Source: Lingula anatina
Taxonomy: Eukaryota > Animalia > Brachiopoda
Assembly: GCA_051362555.1 (NCBI GenBank)
Contig: CM120640.1
Location: 9,858,001 to 9,922,000, forward strand
Length of the DNA stretch: 64,000 bases
Reading direction: 5' to 3'
The position numbers and the translations under genes were made by a program. The notes beneath the pieces are model-generated. The model was not told the DNA's origin. It saw only the letters and a program-made list of their open reading frames with translations, and did not search any database. Below, piece by piece: positions 14,801-28,400 of this stretch (position 1 is the stretch's first letter; each line of letters starts with the position of its first letter).

Positions 14801-16951
14801 TGTTCTTTGGATAATAAAGGTACAATCAATACATCGCGAAAATTGACTTTCTACTGATGTTTCCCTTTAATCAGATATTCTAAACAGGGGTAGATTTTTT
14901 TGGTCCATTTTTTTTTCTTCTTTCATTTTTTACAGAACAAATTCAAAGTGTAAGAGAGTAAATTAAGTTTTAGTGACTTTTTTTTCCTTTTAGTAAAATA
15001 GACATTGAAATACTTCAAAGCTATCAATACAACATTTAAGTAATGTTTTAACTTTGAAGGTGTTGCTTGTGTTTCCAAGTACTTAAGTGGCTTTTGTATG
15101 GTTAAAAATCCATAACTGTCATTAGATATGCCAAATACCTCTACGCATTGAGAAAACAACAAAGGGGGGGAGAAAGACCGATAATGTCTACAATAACAGT
15201 ACTCTTTGGAAAAAAATCTTTAATAAAGGGCCAATTTTCCATAAGTGACAATATTCTGATATATGGAGACTCCTAGCATACCATTTACCAAAACCAACAA
15301 GCCTGGTTTCCTGTCTGCTTTGACTCAGGCTGTGTCTCTGAGTGGGTAGTGTTACAGTCTATGTTGTGTCTGGGTGGAGGTTTGTGGGCAGAATAAATAT
15401 ATCTACTACCCAGGATTCAGGTAGCAAACCTCAGACTGGCAACAATCCTGTGGTGATTGTATACAGTATCTTGCTATAGAAGAGTCTGGCTCACTGCCCT
15501 GGGAAGGTAACACTTCTGGGAATATTAGGCTGAAAGCAGTTTTCATTTTTCTTGATGATCAGCAAGGCAAGGGGTGTTTTCCTACAATCATTACCTGAGA
15601 AAGAGCAGGGGGGAGACGCAAAAAGTTTGCTTGGAGATACATGCTATCACATGCACTTTTTCATGTGGGGATATGGACATTTTCGGACTTTAATAGAATG
15701 TGTGTAAAACTGTGTAAAAATTAAAGGCACAAGCTTTTTTCTTTCTTATTGTTAATTATTATTCTCACAAATATTCAAATTTCTTAACCTTGAATCTTGC
15801 TTCCACCTTGAACTCAAATCATGACCAACCCCACAGATGTCAAGGCAGCTGGTCTACTTGGGAATAGAACATTTCTGGGATCAACATCCCCAGGGTACAC
15901 AGCTGACAACTGCACAACAGGCAATGGCATACCATCAGCCTGATTAACAGAGACACAATTGCTCAAGTGGCCGACAACCAGTGTTTGGTTTGAAAATAAA
16001 GTCATTATAAAGATCTACAAAGTATCATCTATATCTAGCCATCACATTTGTCAGGTTGCCTTCATGAGAGGTGGAACAACATACATATCAACATCCAGGG
16101 CCTCATTTCCTCCTTCAAACTGTCATTTATTCATTAATTTCCTTTTATGGTGGTTTTTATAATCTCTTAATCTCAATATTATATATGTTTACAGATGCAT
16201 AATACTATCGACAACTTCATCATCATGTTGCAAATTCAGCAGTGATGATATCTCTTGTTTACAATACGGATCATATACCCGAAATGATCATTTAAGTCAA
16301 GAAGACAGGTACTAAAAAAGCCACACAGTGGATATTTTACTTGAATATCACTCATCAATCTTTGACAAACACGGCAACAGTCTGAATTTTCTGCTGGTAA
16401 ACCAACATCAGACACCTCCTTTGTGAAAGATTAAACAGAGGTTACACACAGGTGAGCTGGAAACAGATACCCATTGAAAAAGGTGTTCAAAGAAGACATC
16501 TCAGGTAAAAAAATGTCTTGTTCAGCAAAGGCGGGAAACCCTAGAGACAGACCATGTTTACACCAACCTTTTGACCCCCCCTGTCTGTAAATGAAAAGGG
16601 TTTTCTACTTGAACACACAAAGACAAAGGGTTTACCAATTTTCAATTTGCATATATTATTCAGTACAGATCACTTGAAGGAATCTCTTTTAATTGACTCT
16701 GAAATGTCTTGTCAGACATCATGTGGGTTTTAAAAGTGCAGAACAGTAGTTGGTTTACCCTGACAGTATAAAATCACCACATCCCCAGTGCATCTGACAA
16801 CTCTGTTGTCTTTGAGTAATTGGAACTCTTTTCCTAATACACCACTACATGACAAGAGGTACTGTCTAAATCAAGTTAAACAGTATAATTTGATTTAAAG
16901 GTAAAACAGAGAAGGAGGCACCAAACCAGTGAACATAAATTATCATTTTAA

Positions 16952-16985
<34 letters not shown>

Positions 16986-19900
16986 TTCCTTTCTACCAAA
17001 TCTGATCTTTCCATTCTTTCCACACTTGGTAAATCATAAAACAATAACCACTGGTACTTGCCATTACCAATCATCAATAAGGAGATTAGTTTACATCAAT
17101 TGTAGTGCCTTGAGGGCCATAGCATTTTATGGGGTTAGGGGTCAGTGCTCTATCAACTTTGATCTGTTGATAGATTGACTTAACACTTGCGTGGAACTTT
17201 TTTCCTTTTCCCCTTGGATGGACATCACTGTCCACTGGCCAGTTGCATTTAAGGACACTTAAATGGCAGTTTTGAACAGTTTCCAATGCAAACTATCCTA
17301 TCCTTTGGTCAGTTGCAATCACTGTGCCTCACCAGTTGCTAACCACAATGATGACAAAAGTACAATTATATAGAAATATACATCTGCAAAGAACATCTTG
17401 ATCTTCTTGCTAAGCTTCAACTAGCACTTTTGACTAACCACTTGATTTAATCTGCATTGGCTACAGAACATGATAAATATTTTATTGTAAATCATTGTCC
17501 CCCCCCCTTTTTTTGGGAGGGGAGGGGTAAATATTCTTGTGTGAAAGTTATTGAATACACAGGGGCTGATAATCAGTACATTGCAGTGGGAAGCAGATGA
17601 TGATCAAGCAACACAGTGTGGAGGAAATACAGGACTTTTGGGTAAAAATTGCAACAAAAGTTTATTATCTTCATCATTCCCCATGAAGAAGAGTCTATTT
17701 AAACATACTCCCTGATGAGAATCCAAGATCCCTAAGAGATTACATATCCTTCTGTCTGTTTCTACATTCATATGCCCATGTGTACAGGGTATCAATTTCA
17801 ATTAAGTAAAAATATTTAGGCAATAAATTGTATCAAATGTAGTGAAGAAAATTTCATTTTTCTTCTTTCAAAATTCCGAAAAAATTATAAATATTATTTT
17901 CTATTGTTTAAACACTTAAAATACAGAAGTTACTTCAAAATTAGTAAAAAGAACTTGATTGAGCACCTTCCAATTAATAAATCACTCATGGAACTTGACT
18001 AGGCTTTTAGACATAATGATTGATACATGGCGTGCATTTCAATATACAGACAACAAATGTCAGGTGTGGAAAAGCAATACCAGATTGTTATAATAAACAA
18101 TTCTTTCTCTCCAGACATGACTTGTAGTACTACCAGTCACCCGGAGCAATTATTTATTCATCCAATAACTTATTTCTCATTAAGATTTCTATGATACAAA
18201 TATTATTGGAATTTTCAAAGTGCATCAAGTGTATCTGACCTAAGGCGCCATTCCTGAAACCAGTGATCAATAAGGGATTAATTAATTTGAAATAAGCCAG
18301 ATATAATACCTACAGAGACCGCCCTTACTGTATCTCTCACACACCCATACAAACAGACATGTGAACATAAAATACTAACAAAGACAAAGGCAGTAAGCCA
18401 TCTCTGTTAAAATTTGCAGGAAGCACCACAATCTGGAAGACATCTTCAGCTATATGACTTCAAAGGCAACAGTTTCATCCAATACACTGAACACTTTCCA
18501 GGCCACTGTTCACTATGTGGATAAGAAATAAATCATCACTAGATTAAAAGATTCAAAATTACTAAGAAAGAGCTGGCGAATCATTCTTCATACACCTCCC
18601 TTTTCTTCTGTGTCCATCAACGTTACATTAACTGGTTGCAAAAGTTGCCCAGCCCCTCAGCACAATACAATAACACCCCGAAGACCCCAGATATTTGCTT
18701 TATATTACCCTGGAGACCCTGGATATTTGATTAGACATTTAATAAACACATTCTCATTATTATATCCTTATTAGATGGCCTGAGGGAGGGTTAGACACAT
18801 TCATGTCAGGTGGGTTCCTAATGATGTTATACTGTGATACAGGGTGTGCCTTACTAAAATTACATCTTGTTAATGAAGAAGAGCATCAAGTGATGAAATG
18901 CAAGATAACAACCACTTAGATAAACTTGCCCAAGAATATAACTTTATTTCTGGCTACAGCTGTGGCCGGCTTGGTGTGGGAGTTGCATGTCCAAAAATAA
19001 AGTTTAGTTTATGTTAAGATGGCAAATAAATTTGTAAAAAATAAATCTATTTAACATGCTTTTTTCAAAATACTGTTTGCTTTTTCTTCAGGTGGTTTGA
19101 AATGCAACTGGGATGCTTCCCCCCACTATTAAAAAAATCTTTCTCTACAATATCTTTTCTCAATAACTTTTCCCACTTTCACTGCTACCAATTTAGTTTG
19201 AGAGATTTAAGATAATTTGCAGCTGCTAATCCTGCTCTCTTGTTCATGATATTTAAAGATATTTAAAAAAAATGAAAGAGAAGAATACCAAACTGAAAAT
19301 AGTCATGCAAAGTGATATCACTTATCTACAGAAAAAGGGAGGGGATGTTTAGTGCGTTAACCATCATTAGAGATGTTCACAAGCTCACAACCCTGAATCT
19401 ATCTATCTTGAACTAACAACCCTAAATCCATCTAGGAAAGTTTTAACTTCCTAAACAAAGGACAATTGATACCCTTGCATGTAAGCCATTTGTAACTGTA
19501 CGGACATCAAAGTTCACCAAAACCTGTGGGTACATCTGTGAAGACAAAGCATCTTGCAGTTTCCTTTAACAAAGCAATATCACTGAACAAGATCTTAAGA
19601 AATGACACAGATGTTACAACATCCATCCCTTTAATCCAAATACTATGGAGTAATTTCACTATGATCCATTAACCCTTCAACCATCATTATCAGGTCCAGT
19701 TTCAGTACATTTCCAAGCATGGCGAGATGCAATCAAACAGTAACGATCACTTGTGACCGATACCCTTTCTTCCAGCGGAACTGCAACCATTGTTCTCATT
19801 ATAACCTCAACCATTTATATATATCAACTTCTTAACACCTTGGCTGAGTGGACACCTCTACAATCACCAAATGGAGGCAGTCCCCGGCTGATGGATGGTG

Positions 19901-22900
19901 TTAGGAAATTCATTGAGAATTTGATGCAGTTGTAATTCATTGTCAGGGACGATATGAAGAGGGTTTGCACCACCTTCTTTTGATCTCACCAGTAGGAGAT
20001 GTCGTTTGGGTTCACTGCTTGGCTAATGATGCTCAAGTAAATTAACTGACCATGTTAAAAAGAATGGTGGTATTCTTTTCTTTATCAAAACCTTGTTTGG
20101 TGTCACTGTTCTTTTTTTTATGAAAAAGAAACAAGGACAAATGTCTGTCTGATTGGAGGTGAGATATAACTGTCTGACATATGTGTATTTAACACACAAG
20201 AAAAAAATCTGTAGATAAGATAAGAGAAAAATTTATTACCTGTGTCATACAGGTCTTTTCTTTTCTTGAAAGATCAAAGAAATCACTGTCATGAAAGATA
20301 CAAATATATTTATAAAATCTTAAATTGCTTGTCCCACCATGGATACTGAATCGAACCAAAATCATTTTCAGTGTATAATTTGCCTCATGCAAGGATATAT
20401 ATATGTACTGAAATGCAAGAAAATAAGTAATCTTTTTTTTCCCCTTTTTTTCATTTTTAGGAGGTGGGGCATCAAAATGTTAAGTTCAACAGGTTTTCAA
20501 ATTAAAGGTTGCTTTACAGCTGCTAAGTGCTAATGGATTTCAAACCTTTGTTTAAATTTTCCCTTTCTACAGCATGCTTTTAAAATGACTTTGAGAAAGT
20601 TTTTTCCCACAAAATTGCCTTCTCTTTAGTGGTTTCTAGGACCCTTGATGAAAACACATTTTTACAACTGACATCTCTATGCAAAGTATGCAAGGTGACA
20701 GTCTTAACTTAAAAAGTCAGAAGGCCCTCTGCTCTCAGGACATAAAGTGCTCAACTCGACATTATGTCAGGACAAATGCCGCTTTACATTTATCACAAAT
20801 AACAGTAGCAAACAGCAACCACACAAGCAGAAATTATTGCTCATAATTTGTATTAATACTTGAATGGCAGTGTATTCTTTGCATCAAGCAGGGGGTAATT
20901 TGTCCGTAAGATTTTTAAAATTGCAAGAATGGGTTGGGAGGAAAATTTCATTGCATGCATGCAAAAAAAGGTTACAAAAAATATCTTGGGTACAACCAGT
21001 GCATGAATGCTTTTCTATTCACCTTTGGTAAATGGCCATTTATTAAGACATAACCAGGTTACTTATGTGTTTGAATCACATGTGAATGCACCCATAACAG
21101 AAAAGCCCTGTTACAGCACTGTTAACATGAGAACTTAGGCTGGAAATGTTTTAAAACAGTGTGAATGTTATATTCAAACACAAAAAGCTCTATGTATACT
21201 ACATTTCATATTCATTAAAACTACTATCACAGTTAAAACATGGTTAATGTGTGATATGATTTAATCTACCTGTAGGTACATGTAATTACAGCTTCAAATT
21301 CAAATAACAGTTATCTTTGCTGTTTCCTATTTTAGTCATTCAAGAAATATGGCACAGCCTACTCTAATGCTGTTCTCTAACAGCAGAACTTTGATGAAAC
21401 ATTTTCCATATTAAAGTGAGTGTCACAACTCAGGCCTATAGCCAGCTATTAAAAAAAGGGGGGGGGTTCGTTTTCTGAAAAAGTAGACCTTTTACCATGA
21501 AACCTTTGTATACCTAGATCAATTTTTTTTATTCAGAGTAGACCTTTTCCTATCAAAAATTGCAGTTCATTTGTTCATTCCGACACGCCAAACATCCCCT
21601 GGCTGTGGGCCCATGACTAAAATCTAATCTCATTTCCTGCCATTTTTGAATTTGTAACGTGTGCTACAACATTAACTAAAACTGTTTAAAAATACATTAT
21701 CAACACCACATAAAATTATGTTGTCTGTCTGTTAAAGAGTTATCCAATAAATTTACTGAAGAGTCATGCAGTTGTTTCAGGACTTATTAATTCATCAGAT
21801 TTCAAAATCTAAGCCATCTGAAATCTCTAGAGAAATCTCCAATTTTCACTGACTTGGTGAATTAATCCAGTCACCTGTCCATCAAACTGTGGGGTATATA
21901 GGTTAATTCATATATAACCTACATGACCACTGCTCTAATCATAATCAATTACAGGAATAACCTTATAATTTTGGTTGCTCATGGAGACTAATAATAGTGC
22001 ACCTCACTCTCAGAATATAACTTGAGCCTTATTCAAAAGAGCAAACAAATTTGGTCACCTAGATGAAAAATTTCTCACCTGGAAGAGACAGAGAAAGGAA
22101 AAAAAACCTTTTCTATTTGCATAATTCTGCAATATTCTACCATTATAACACTTAATTTCCATTTTCAAAACCCCAGTGAATTTCTCAACCACAGAAATGC
22201 ATTTTCCTATCTTCACAATAGTACTTTCTTTCTTGTATCTTTTTTTTTAAAGAATAAATATGTGGAAATCCTTCCCATAATTTTTTTAGATTTTGCAATA
22301 AAAAATATTACCAGCTGCTATTTAACATTCAAAAACAGCTCATGAATAATTTCTTCACAAGAAAAATGTTATTTCTTTCATTGATATACATCATTTTAAA
22401 AGCGAAAACATACTGAACTTCAATTTTTCAAATGGACCAGTGGCTGGCCTACTGAGAGCATGGCATTCATTGGCCTGTTAGAGCAACTGGGGAGATAAGA
22501 TCAGGGCCTTGGACTGACAAAGCACATGGAATAGATTTCCTTCACAGACACTTGTCTGATGGGGTTTGCTTCCAGCTTCCAGGCAGACAAAAAATTGCCT
22601 AATACTCTAATAGGAAGCCTGTATACATTATCCTCACTTCTCCCCCACCCAACTTATTAGGCTCTCCATGTTTCAGTGATTGAGGAGAGAGGTATCAAGT
22701 ATACAAAGTAAACACAGTATGTTTGTTGTTTGTTTTTGGAAAGTTGCAATTTCTGTAATGCATTGTCCAAGCACAATGCACTGAGGTTTGGGATTAAATA
22801 TTTGACAAAATTTACACAAAAATGCACAGTATGTGCCCCGGAAGATGTTGTAAGAGCAAACATGGGATCTAACAGGACCCATACCATGGCTTTTGCACCT

Positions 22901-25053
22901 GTACAAAAAATTAAATGAGAGTGATCCCCCTATTGTTGTGCAGATAAAGCATGTGTAAACACACATTGTAATGGTCACAGCACACATGTGCAAGCTTTCA
23001 GCACCTTCGATACTCTGGACTAAAAGAGGATCAAAGAGTTGAAGTGCCACCCCACAATCAAGGCTTTATTCCCTATGAAAACGGAAGGCCATGGCTAATA
23101 TGATAGGCTTCTTCAAGCACTGCTGAGCTCCTGTTGCCTGTACCTGTTCAATGAACCAATTTGTTATCTATCACCTTAGTGACCTTCCACAAGTGAACTG
23201 TTCCACTAGTGATGAGGACTTTGGTGCAGTTTTCATTTCTATCATGCACATTCATGTCTTGCCTGTGTGGTGGCATTAGTGACATAACTGTGAGATATGA
23301 CATTATTTTTATTTTACGCTTGAACGGAAAATGACTGTTAATGCTTTATGACACTTCAGGTTTTCTTTTGATCACTATGTATTTGCCTTCAAAATGATAC
23401 TCAGTACATGACTTGTTACATTTTTTCATATTCTTTAATGACAATGTACAGATCTTTCTTATTTTCTTAACTGTTAATGGACATTTAACAGTACATTAAT
23501 AAAAAGGTCCCTTTACCTCTATAAACTTCAGTGCAATTGGAATAATTTATGGGCATTAAATGTCTGAATGTAAGGCTGAAGCCATTTCCTTTTATCACAG
23601 ACTTTACAACTGCCTCATTGAAGAGAATTAAATAACGTTTCAACGAAACATTACACCACATCAAGTCAGGTGCTCAACTCATGAGGTTGCTTAACATGTT
23701 TTTTCATTCATCCCCATAGTTTACGGCCACTCATTGTGTTTTGCTTATGTGTGGTATGCTGTTTGATTAAGATGACTTGTTGACAGCAGGTTAACTGCTC
23801 TTGATCATAGGGTGAGCTATGGTTTAAACCAGGGAAATCAATTAGCAAATGGTCTGTGAAGTACAGAACTACTTGTTACTCATTCTGCTTAGAAGCAAGG
23901 CATACCTCCCCGTATATGACATTTAACTCAGTTGCTTCCCCAGGCAAATGTTTACCTCTGTTGCCTCTCCTCTTTAAGTGCTGTTTAGAAACTGTGAACA
24001 GTACTTACTAAAACCAGAGCCATCTGCACCCCAACAACTGGTTAAACATTTCCATACGCTGCTACCATAAACCATAATTTGGATTAGAAATGTGCTCTCT
24101 CTCTTTTTAATACAAATTAAGAAAATAAGTACATATCTAAATTAGGCACATTTCTCTTCCAGGCAGATAACCAAGACGAGATACTATAATCTTTATCTGC
24201 TTCCCCAAGTTTTTTTCCTCATAAAAGAATGAACCCCCACAAGGGAGCCTAGATCGTGTCATATATACAGCAGGATAATCCTATCTTGCCTTACAAATAC
24301 TATTGATTTTTTCTTTTCTTTAATGTTCTGATCCCTGCACATAATTTTTTTCTCTTTTCACAATCTCCAGACAATGTCTGAAGTGGCGTTTCACAAACAG
24401 AACAAAAGGGGATCTGTTCCATACAAGGTCAGCTTCAGGATGGTGAACACATTTTGCACTGGAAATTATATCTACAGGAAGTTGGGATCTTAACCAGTGG
24501 TGTGAATGTCAAAACTTGAATTGTCTGCTATGATTAGAGTAATTATTGCAAACCAGACACAAAGGGGAAATAATAAGCTGGACTAAACTGTTATATAAAT
24601 AAAAACCACATTCCCAGCCAGTCTGTTCAATTTTAGTAATACATTCCCAAAAGAAAATCAACTAAGTTTCACAGAACCATTTCTAAATTTCTTTGAAAAA
24701 AAAATTGCTTACTTTAAAATAAAATTTTCATCATACAGAACATGATATCAAATCAAACTGGTGAGTTAAAAATAAAACCTACCTCCTCCACAAGATTCTT
24801 CCCTATCTCTGCAGCAGTCTTTTGTGGCATGGCACCCTTCATCACAGTAGCAATACTGTGGTCCAGAGGGGCTCAGGGCATTCATCAGTTTGGAATCTCT
24901 GTCCCCTTTCACACGGCAAGTGTCATTGCGACCAGAGCAGCAGAGTTTTGCCTCCAAGCAGCCACTATGAACCAGTCCAGTCTCCATCATCAAAATCAAT
25001 GCAAATAATGCACAGGATGAAGAAATAATGCCTATTTTGTTTGACAAAGCCAT
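2141..25053 (-). CDS. SBSPON: Somatomedin-B and thrombospondin type-1 domain-containing protein (SBSPON/RPE-spondin-like), 3'-partial; coding exons 24783-25053, 11471-11671, 2141-2267
   Basis: Exon 1 encodes a signal peptide plus an SMB domain (CLEAKLCCSGRNDTC...CYCDEGCHATKDCCRD). Exon 2 encodes a TSP1 repeat (VDCVVSKWAGWGQCSRLCDSGVQERYR...NGGKLCPPL). Exon 3 reads ETGRIIPAAFGTWRKSKVYDFSKDIRKNLYYKYY. All junctions are GT-AG and phase-compatible (1,1,2). No terminal exon was found in 1-2140. Confidence 0.88.
7292..7337. repeat. (TG)n followed by poly-G
   Basis: Direct reading. Confidence 0.85.
10851..10920. repeat. (TA)n-rich microsatellite
   Basis: Direct reading. Confidence 0.85.
11471..11671 (-). 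CDS. SBSPON: SBSPON-like coding exon 2 (TSP1 repeat)
   Basis: Acceptor tatttgtag|CT, WxxWxxCS..C..G...R.R motif, donor G|gtaagt. Confidence 0.9.
13861..14413. mobile_element. MITE, probably PIF/Harbinger-like, in SBSPON intron 1
   Basis: TIR TACCCCGTTCACACTAC / GTAGTGTGAATGGGGTA (1 mismatch), internal GTGTGAACGC copies near 13931 and 14327, CpG-rich versus its flanks. Confidence 0.8.
16955..16982. repeat. (TC)n microsatellite
   Basis: Direct reading. Confidence 0.9.
21431..21615. mobile_element. Degenerate hAT-like MITE
   Basis: caggcctatagccag ... ctggctgtgggcccatg ends, G-run inside the left end, internal duplicated agtagacctttt. Confidence 0.5.
24783..25053 (-). CDS. SBSPON: SBSPON-like coding exon 1 (signal peptide + somatomedin-B domain)
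   Basis: ATG in caccATGG context, hydrophobic leader, Cys-rich SMB pattern, donor G|gtaggt at 24782. Confidence 0.9.
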
Positions 25054-25389
25054 GGTGTAAAAACTAAAATGTTATTTGTAAACAATAAAATCACGCAATG
25101 TTACTAGCAGTCCAACTGTAAAACGGAACTAGTTCAAGTTTCTTGAAATAAAAGCACCACTTGCACTGGGGCTAATGAAGTTTAGCTACTAAAATAGCAA
25201 TTAAGCAGTCTAGAGGGAATGCACCTCTCTTTCTTTTGCTACAGGCTGACAAAGTCCCACTTTCTTTTCCTCCTTTGGTAAAATCCTTCTCAAAGCTAGG
25301 ACCCCCTCTCACTTCTTGAACTTTCTAGCCTGCAGTCACTGAGAGTGCCCCTGTTCCTGAGGTGTTCACCTTCTAAGTATAAATGTAAG

Positions 25390-25475
25390 CCACTAACTCT
25401 GCTGCCCAGCTTATAGCTAGCCCTGACTGAGGATGTTTATATACTCCTCTCAATGCTGTCTTCTGATTGGCTGGC
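25390..25475 (-). promoter_or_regulatory. Candidate proximal SBSPON promoter (CCAAT + TATA)
   Basis: Minus-strand CCAAT at 25470-25466, TATATAAA at 25443-25436, Inr-like TTAGT near 25395. Confidence 0.4.
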
Positions 25476-28400
25476 TTCATACACCATGCCCTTCTGTGAG
25501 TTCAGTGTTTGGACAGCTAATGGCCAGTGGATAGATATCACAATCTCAAGACCCGAAGGGGAGAATCTGGAAAAAAAAAAGAGGTTGAGAAGAAGATAAT
25601 TGTCATGCACTTCTGTTTAATATCATCATTATTATTATGATTTTTTTCTTCTATAAATGTTTTTCCTACTTTTATTTCACTGTTGGTCTCCTCTGGCAGT
25701 TGGGTTTAAGAAGGTATTTTTTCACCCTACCACTAAGCTGTCTAAAAGTCAAAAAGTTTATAAACCTTAACCCTTATTAGACTCAAAAGGTTAGACAGTT
25801 AGCAGAGCATGTGTCAGCCAAGGTATAGATTCATAAATCAACCATCAGTTTTTCCCCCCATTCAACACAACATTATCAATGAGCAGATAAATCAAATGCT
25901 TACCAAAACCTAACTTAATATTAGTCCAACACTGCAAATTACATGCTAAGCTCTCTACACCTTAAATGGGCTGAACAAATGACTGAAACATATCTAGAAG
26001 AGGATCAAGAAATAACAAAAAAAAAAAAAAAATCATACACTGGGCTCATTCAATCAGATGGGGAGTTCCAAATGTAGTCTAACTAAAAGTGCAGAAAATT
26101 ATGAGCCTATTCTATACCCTAGGGAGTTTGACTTTTCACTTGATTTAACCAACACCACCATCAAAGGCACAGAAGAAGGGACAAGTAGTCCTTTCATTGA
26201 CTGGCACAGCTTGGTCCACTATTAACAAAAATTCAAAAACACCTTCATTTTATTATGTACTACAACTGCCTTTCATTTTGAATAAAACCCTGTGACAAAT
26301 CCATGCTTCAGTGATCCGGAAGCCAGAAAGTTAAGTTAGAAAGTAAGCTACCTTTTGTTATCTTTGGTTTACCAGTTACGAAGACAGGCCATTTTACCAC
26401 TACACCACAAGGGGGCCTCAGCAGACAGACATAGAAAACTTTGCCTCAGGGTAAATTTGCATATTTATAACTTCACCAACGAGGAATAAAACCAGCTTTA
26501 TAGGAAAGGACAATAATAGCATTCCTAACTGTTTAACCGACTGTTAAAACTGTAGGTCAGTGAAGTCAGTTAAAGAAAATTTCTGAAGCTGTTACTGAGT
26601 ACAGTTGAATTTCCAGCTAACAACTGGCTGAACAACAAGGCTAAAGAACAGGATAAAGAAAGGTTTGCAGTGCACTTGTTTAGCATCCCAATATTTTCAT
26701 ACTTTCTATAGGTCTGTGTTTATTTAGGACTCTAATATTTTCCTTTCTCCACATAATATGTATGCCTCAAATGTTACCCTTTTGATGAAAACTTTTCATT
26801 GAGAAATAAGTTTTATCTTTTCTTCTCCCCATCATTAGCCTATTTAATCCATGCCAAATGGCTACCATACGTGGCAACCCAATGCTCATTTGGAGATCAA
26901 AGTTCAAGAAGAAATCACCATGCAAATGTGCACACTTCTGATAACTTTCATGTATGCCGCAGTGTGTATACCTGCTAATTATACCAACATAAAACAAGCC
27001 TGACTTTAACACCTTCGATACAATACTCAAAACAAACCAAACTTGATGTCCAACTCCAAAGCTTGTGCTGGTATTAATTTTCAAGTGATTAAAAACTTCT
27101 TAGTCAACGCATAATTTCTCATAAGCTTTCTACTGGACTGTTTGACTTTGTGACCAACATTCCTCAAGAAGAAACCTCGGTAAATTTCTTTACATCCCAA
27201 ACAAATACTGTATTGTGTAATTTAAAGCAATCTGAAATAGGTCTTTATAAAAGCTGGTATCACCACAGGAGAAAATTCCATATACCTAACACATAATATT
27301 TCCGTATAAATAAGACCTAAATGGTACCTGAACCCATTCTCTCCTGTTATATTATTTCTATTGGTTACGTCATTCTGCACCCGGTCAGTATAAGAGCTTA
27401 ACAGTAATGCACAGTAGAGGGATTAATGAGCCTGATCCTATATAATACTGAATAAGGACGGAATATTAGCCTGCTCATATCTGGTTCCCCACTGTGTTCT
27501 ACCAGCACCCATGCACACCCCCTTTATTTATTGACAGGAGACCAGTGTCGTGGACTCTCTGTTTGTTAAGTGGTTAAAGAATCTGAAGATATATTATACT
27601 AGGTCTGATTAAATAAACTGATAAGAGTTGCCCACCAGGGCTGTTAGCATGGCATGGGCATTGACAATGCCCTTATACAGTGATATTTCCTAAGTGATAC
27701 ATTTTTACCGCAAAAGCAAACATTTATAAATCTAATGACATTTATAGACAGTATTGTGGAATCATTGGAGTGCGTTCAAACGAACAACTTGTCAGTAATT
27801 TTGAGACCCATTATTTAATAGAAGAATGTCAAGTTCCTTCCGGATATTTTCCAAACCTCCTCAAATTGCTTGAACCAAAGTGAAATGATTGATAAATTTG
27901 TCAACTTGCTGTTGGGCAAGAGGAGGCACAATGCAGTCCCATCACTCTCAAGTGGCTATCTCCTTCCTTATCAACACTGAAGTGTCTTATTGTTAGAAAA
28001 GACAAACAAACTTCTGGTGCCCGTCTGCTGCAGGCTCAGGGTGCCATCTCATCTAGACAGGGTCAAGATCTATAGTTTGGTGACTTGATAGCGAATTTAC
28101 CTTTAATTCTGATAGCAATTGGGATAATTGAAACAAGCACAAATGGTATCATGCAAAGCCAATTTGACATCTGCTGATTAAATATTAGGTGTGGCAAAAT
28201 CCTCTGAGTTATGGTCTGTGAACACACTAGTTATCTTAGACAAGTCATGGGGACTAACTACAGTAACTGGCATTACATTGGTGCCATACTCTGCAGCACA
28301 TATCTTTCCAAGCATGTCATCTTCACAGTGTACTCATTGTGACGGTTGAGAAAATTTACCAAAAGCACATCAAGTTAGACTGCAATCCAGTAGAGCCAGC

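Noticed and set aside
27294-27468. Short imperfect inverted ends (taatatttccgt / acggaatatta)
   Set aside because: Too short and AT-rich to call a MITE without copy-number evidence
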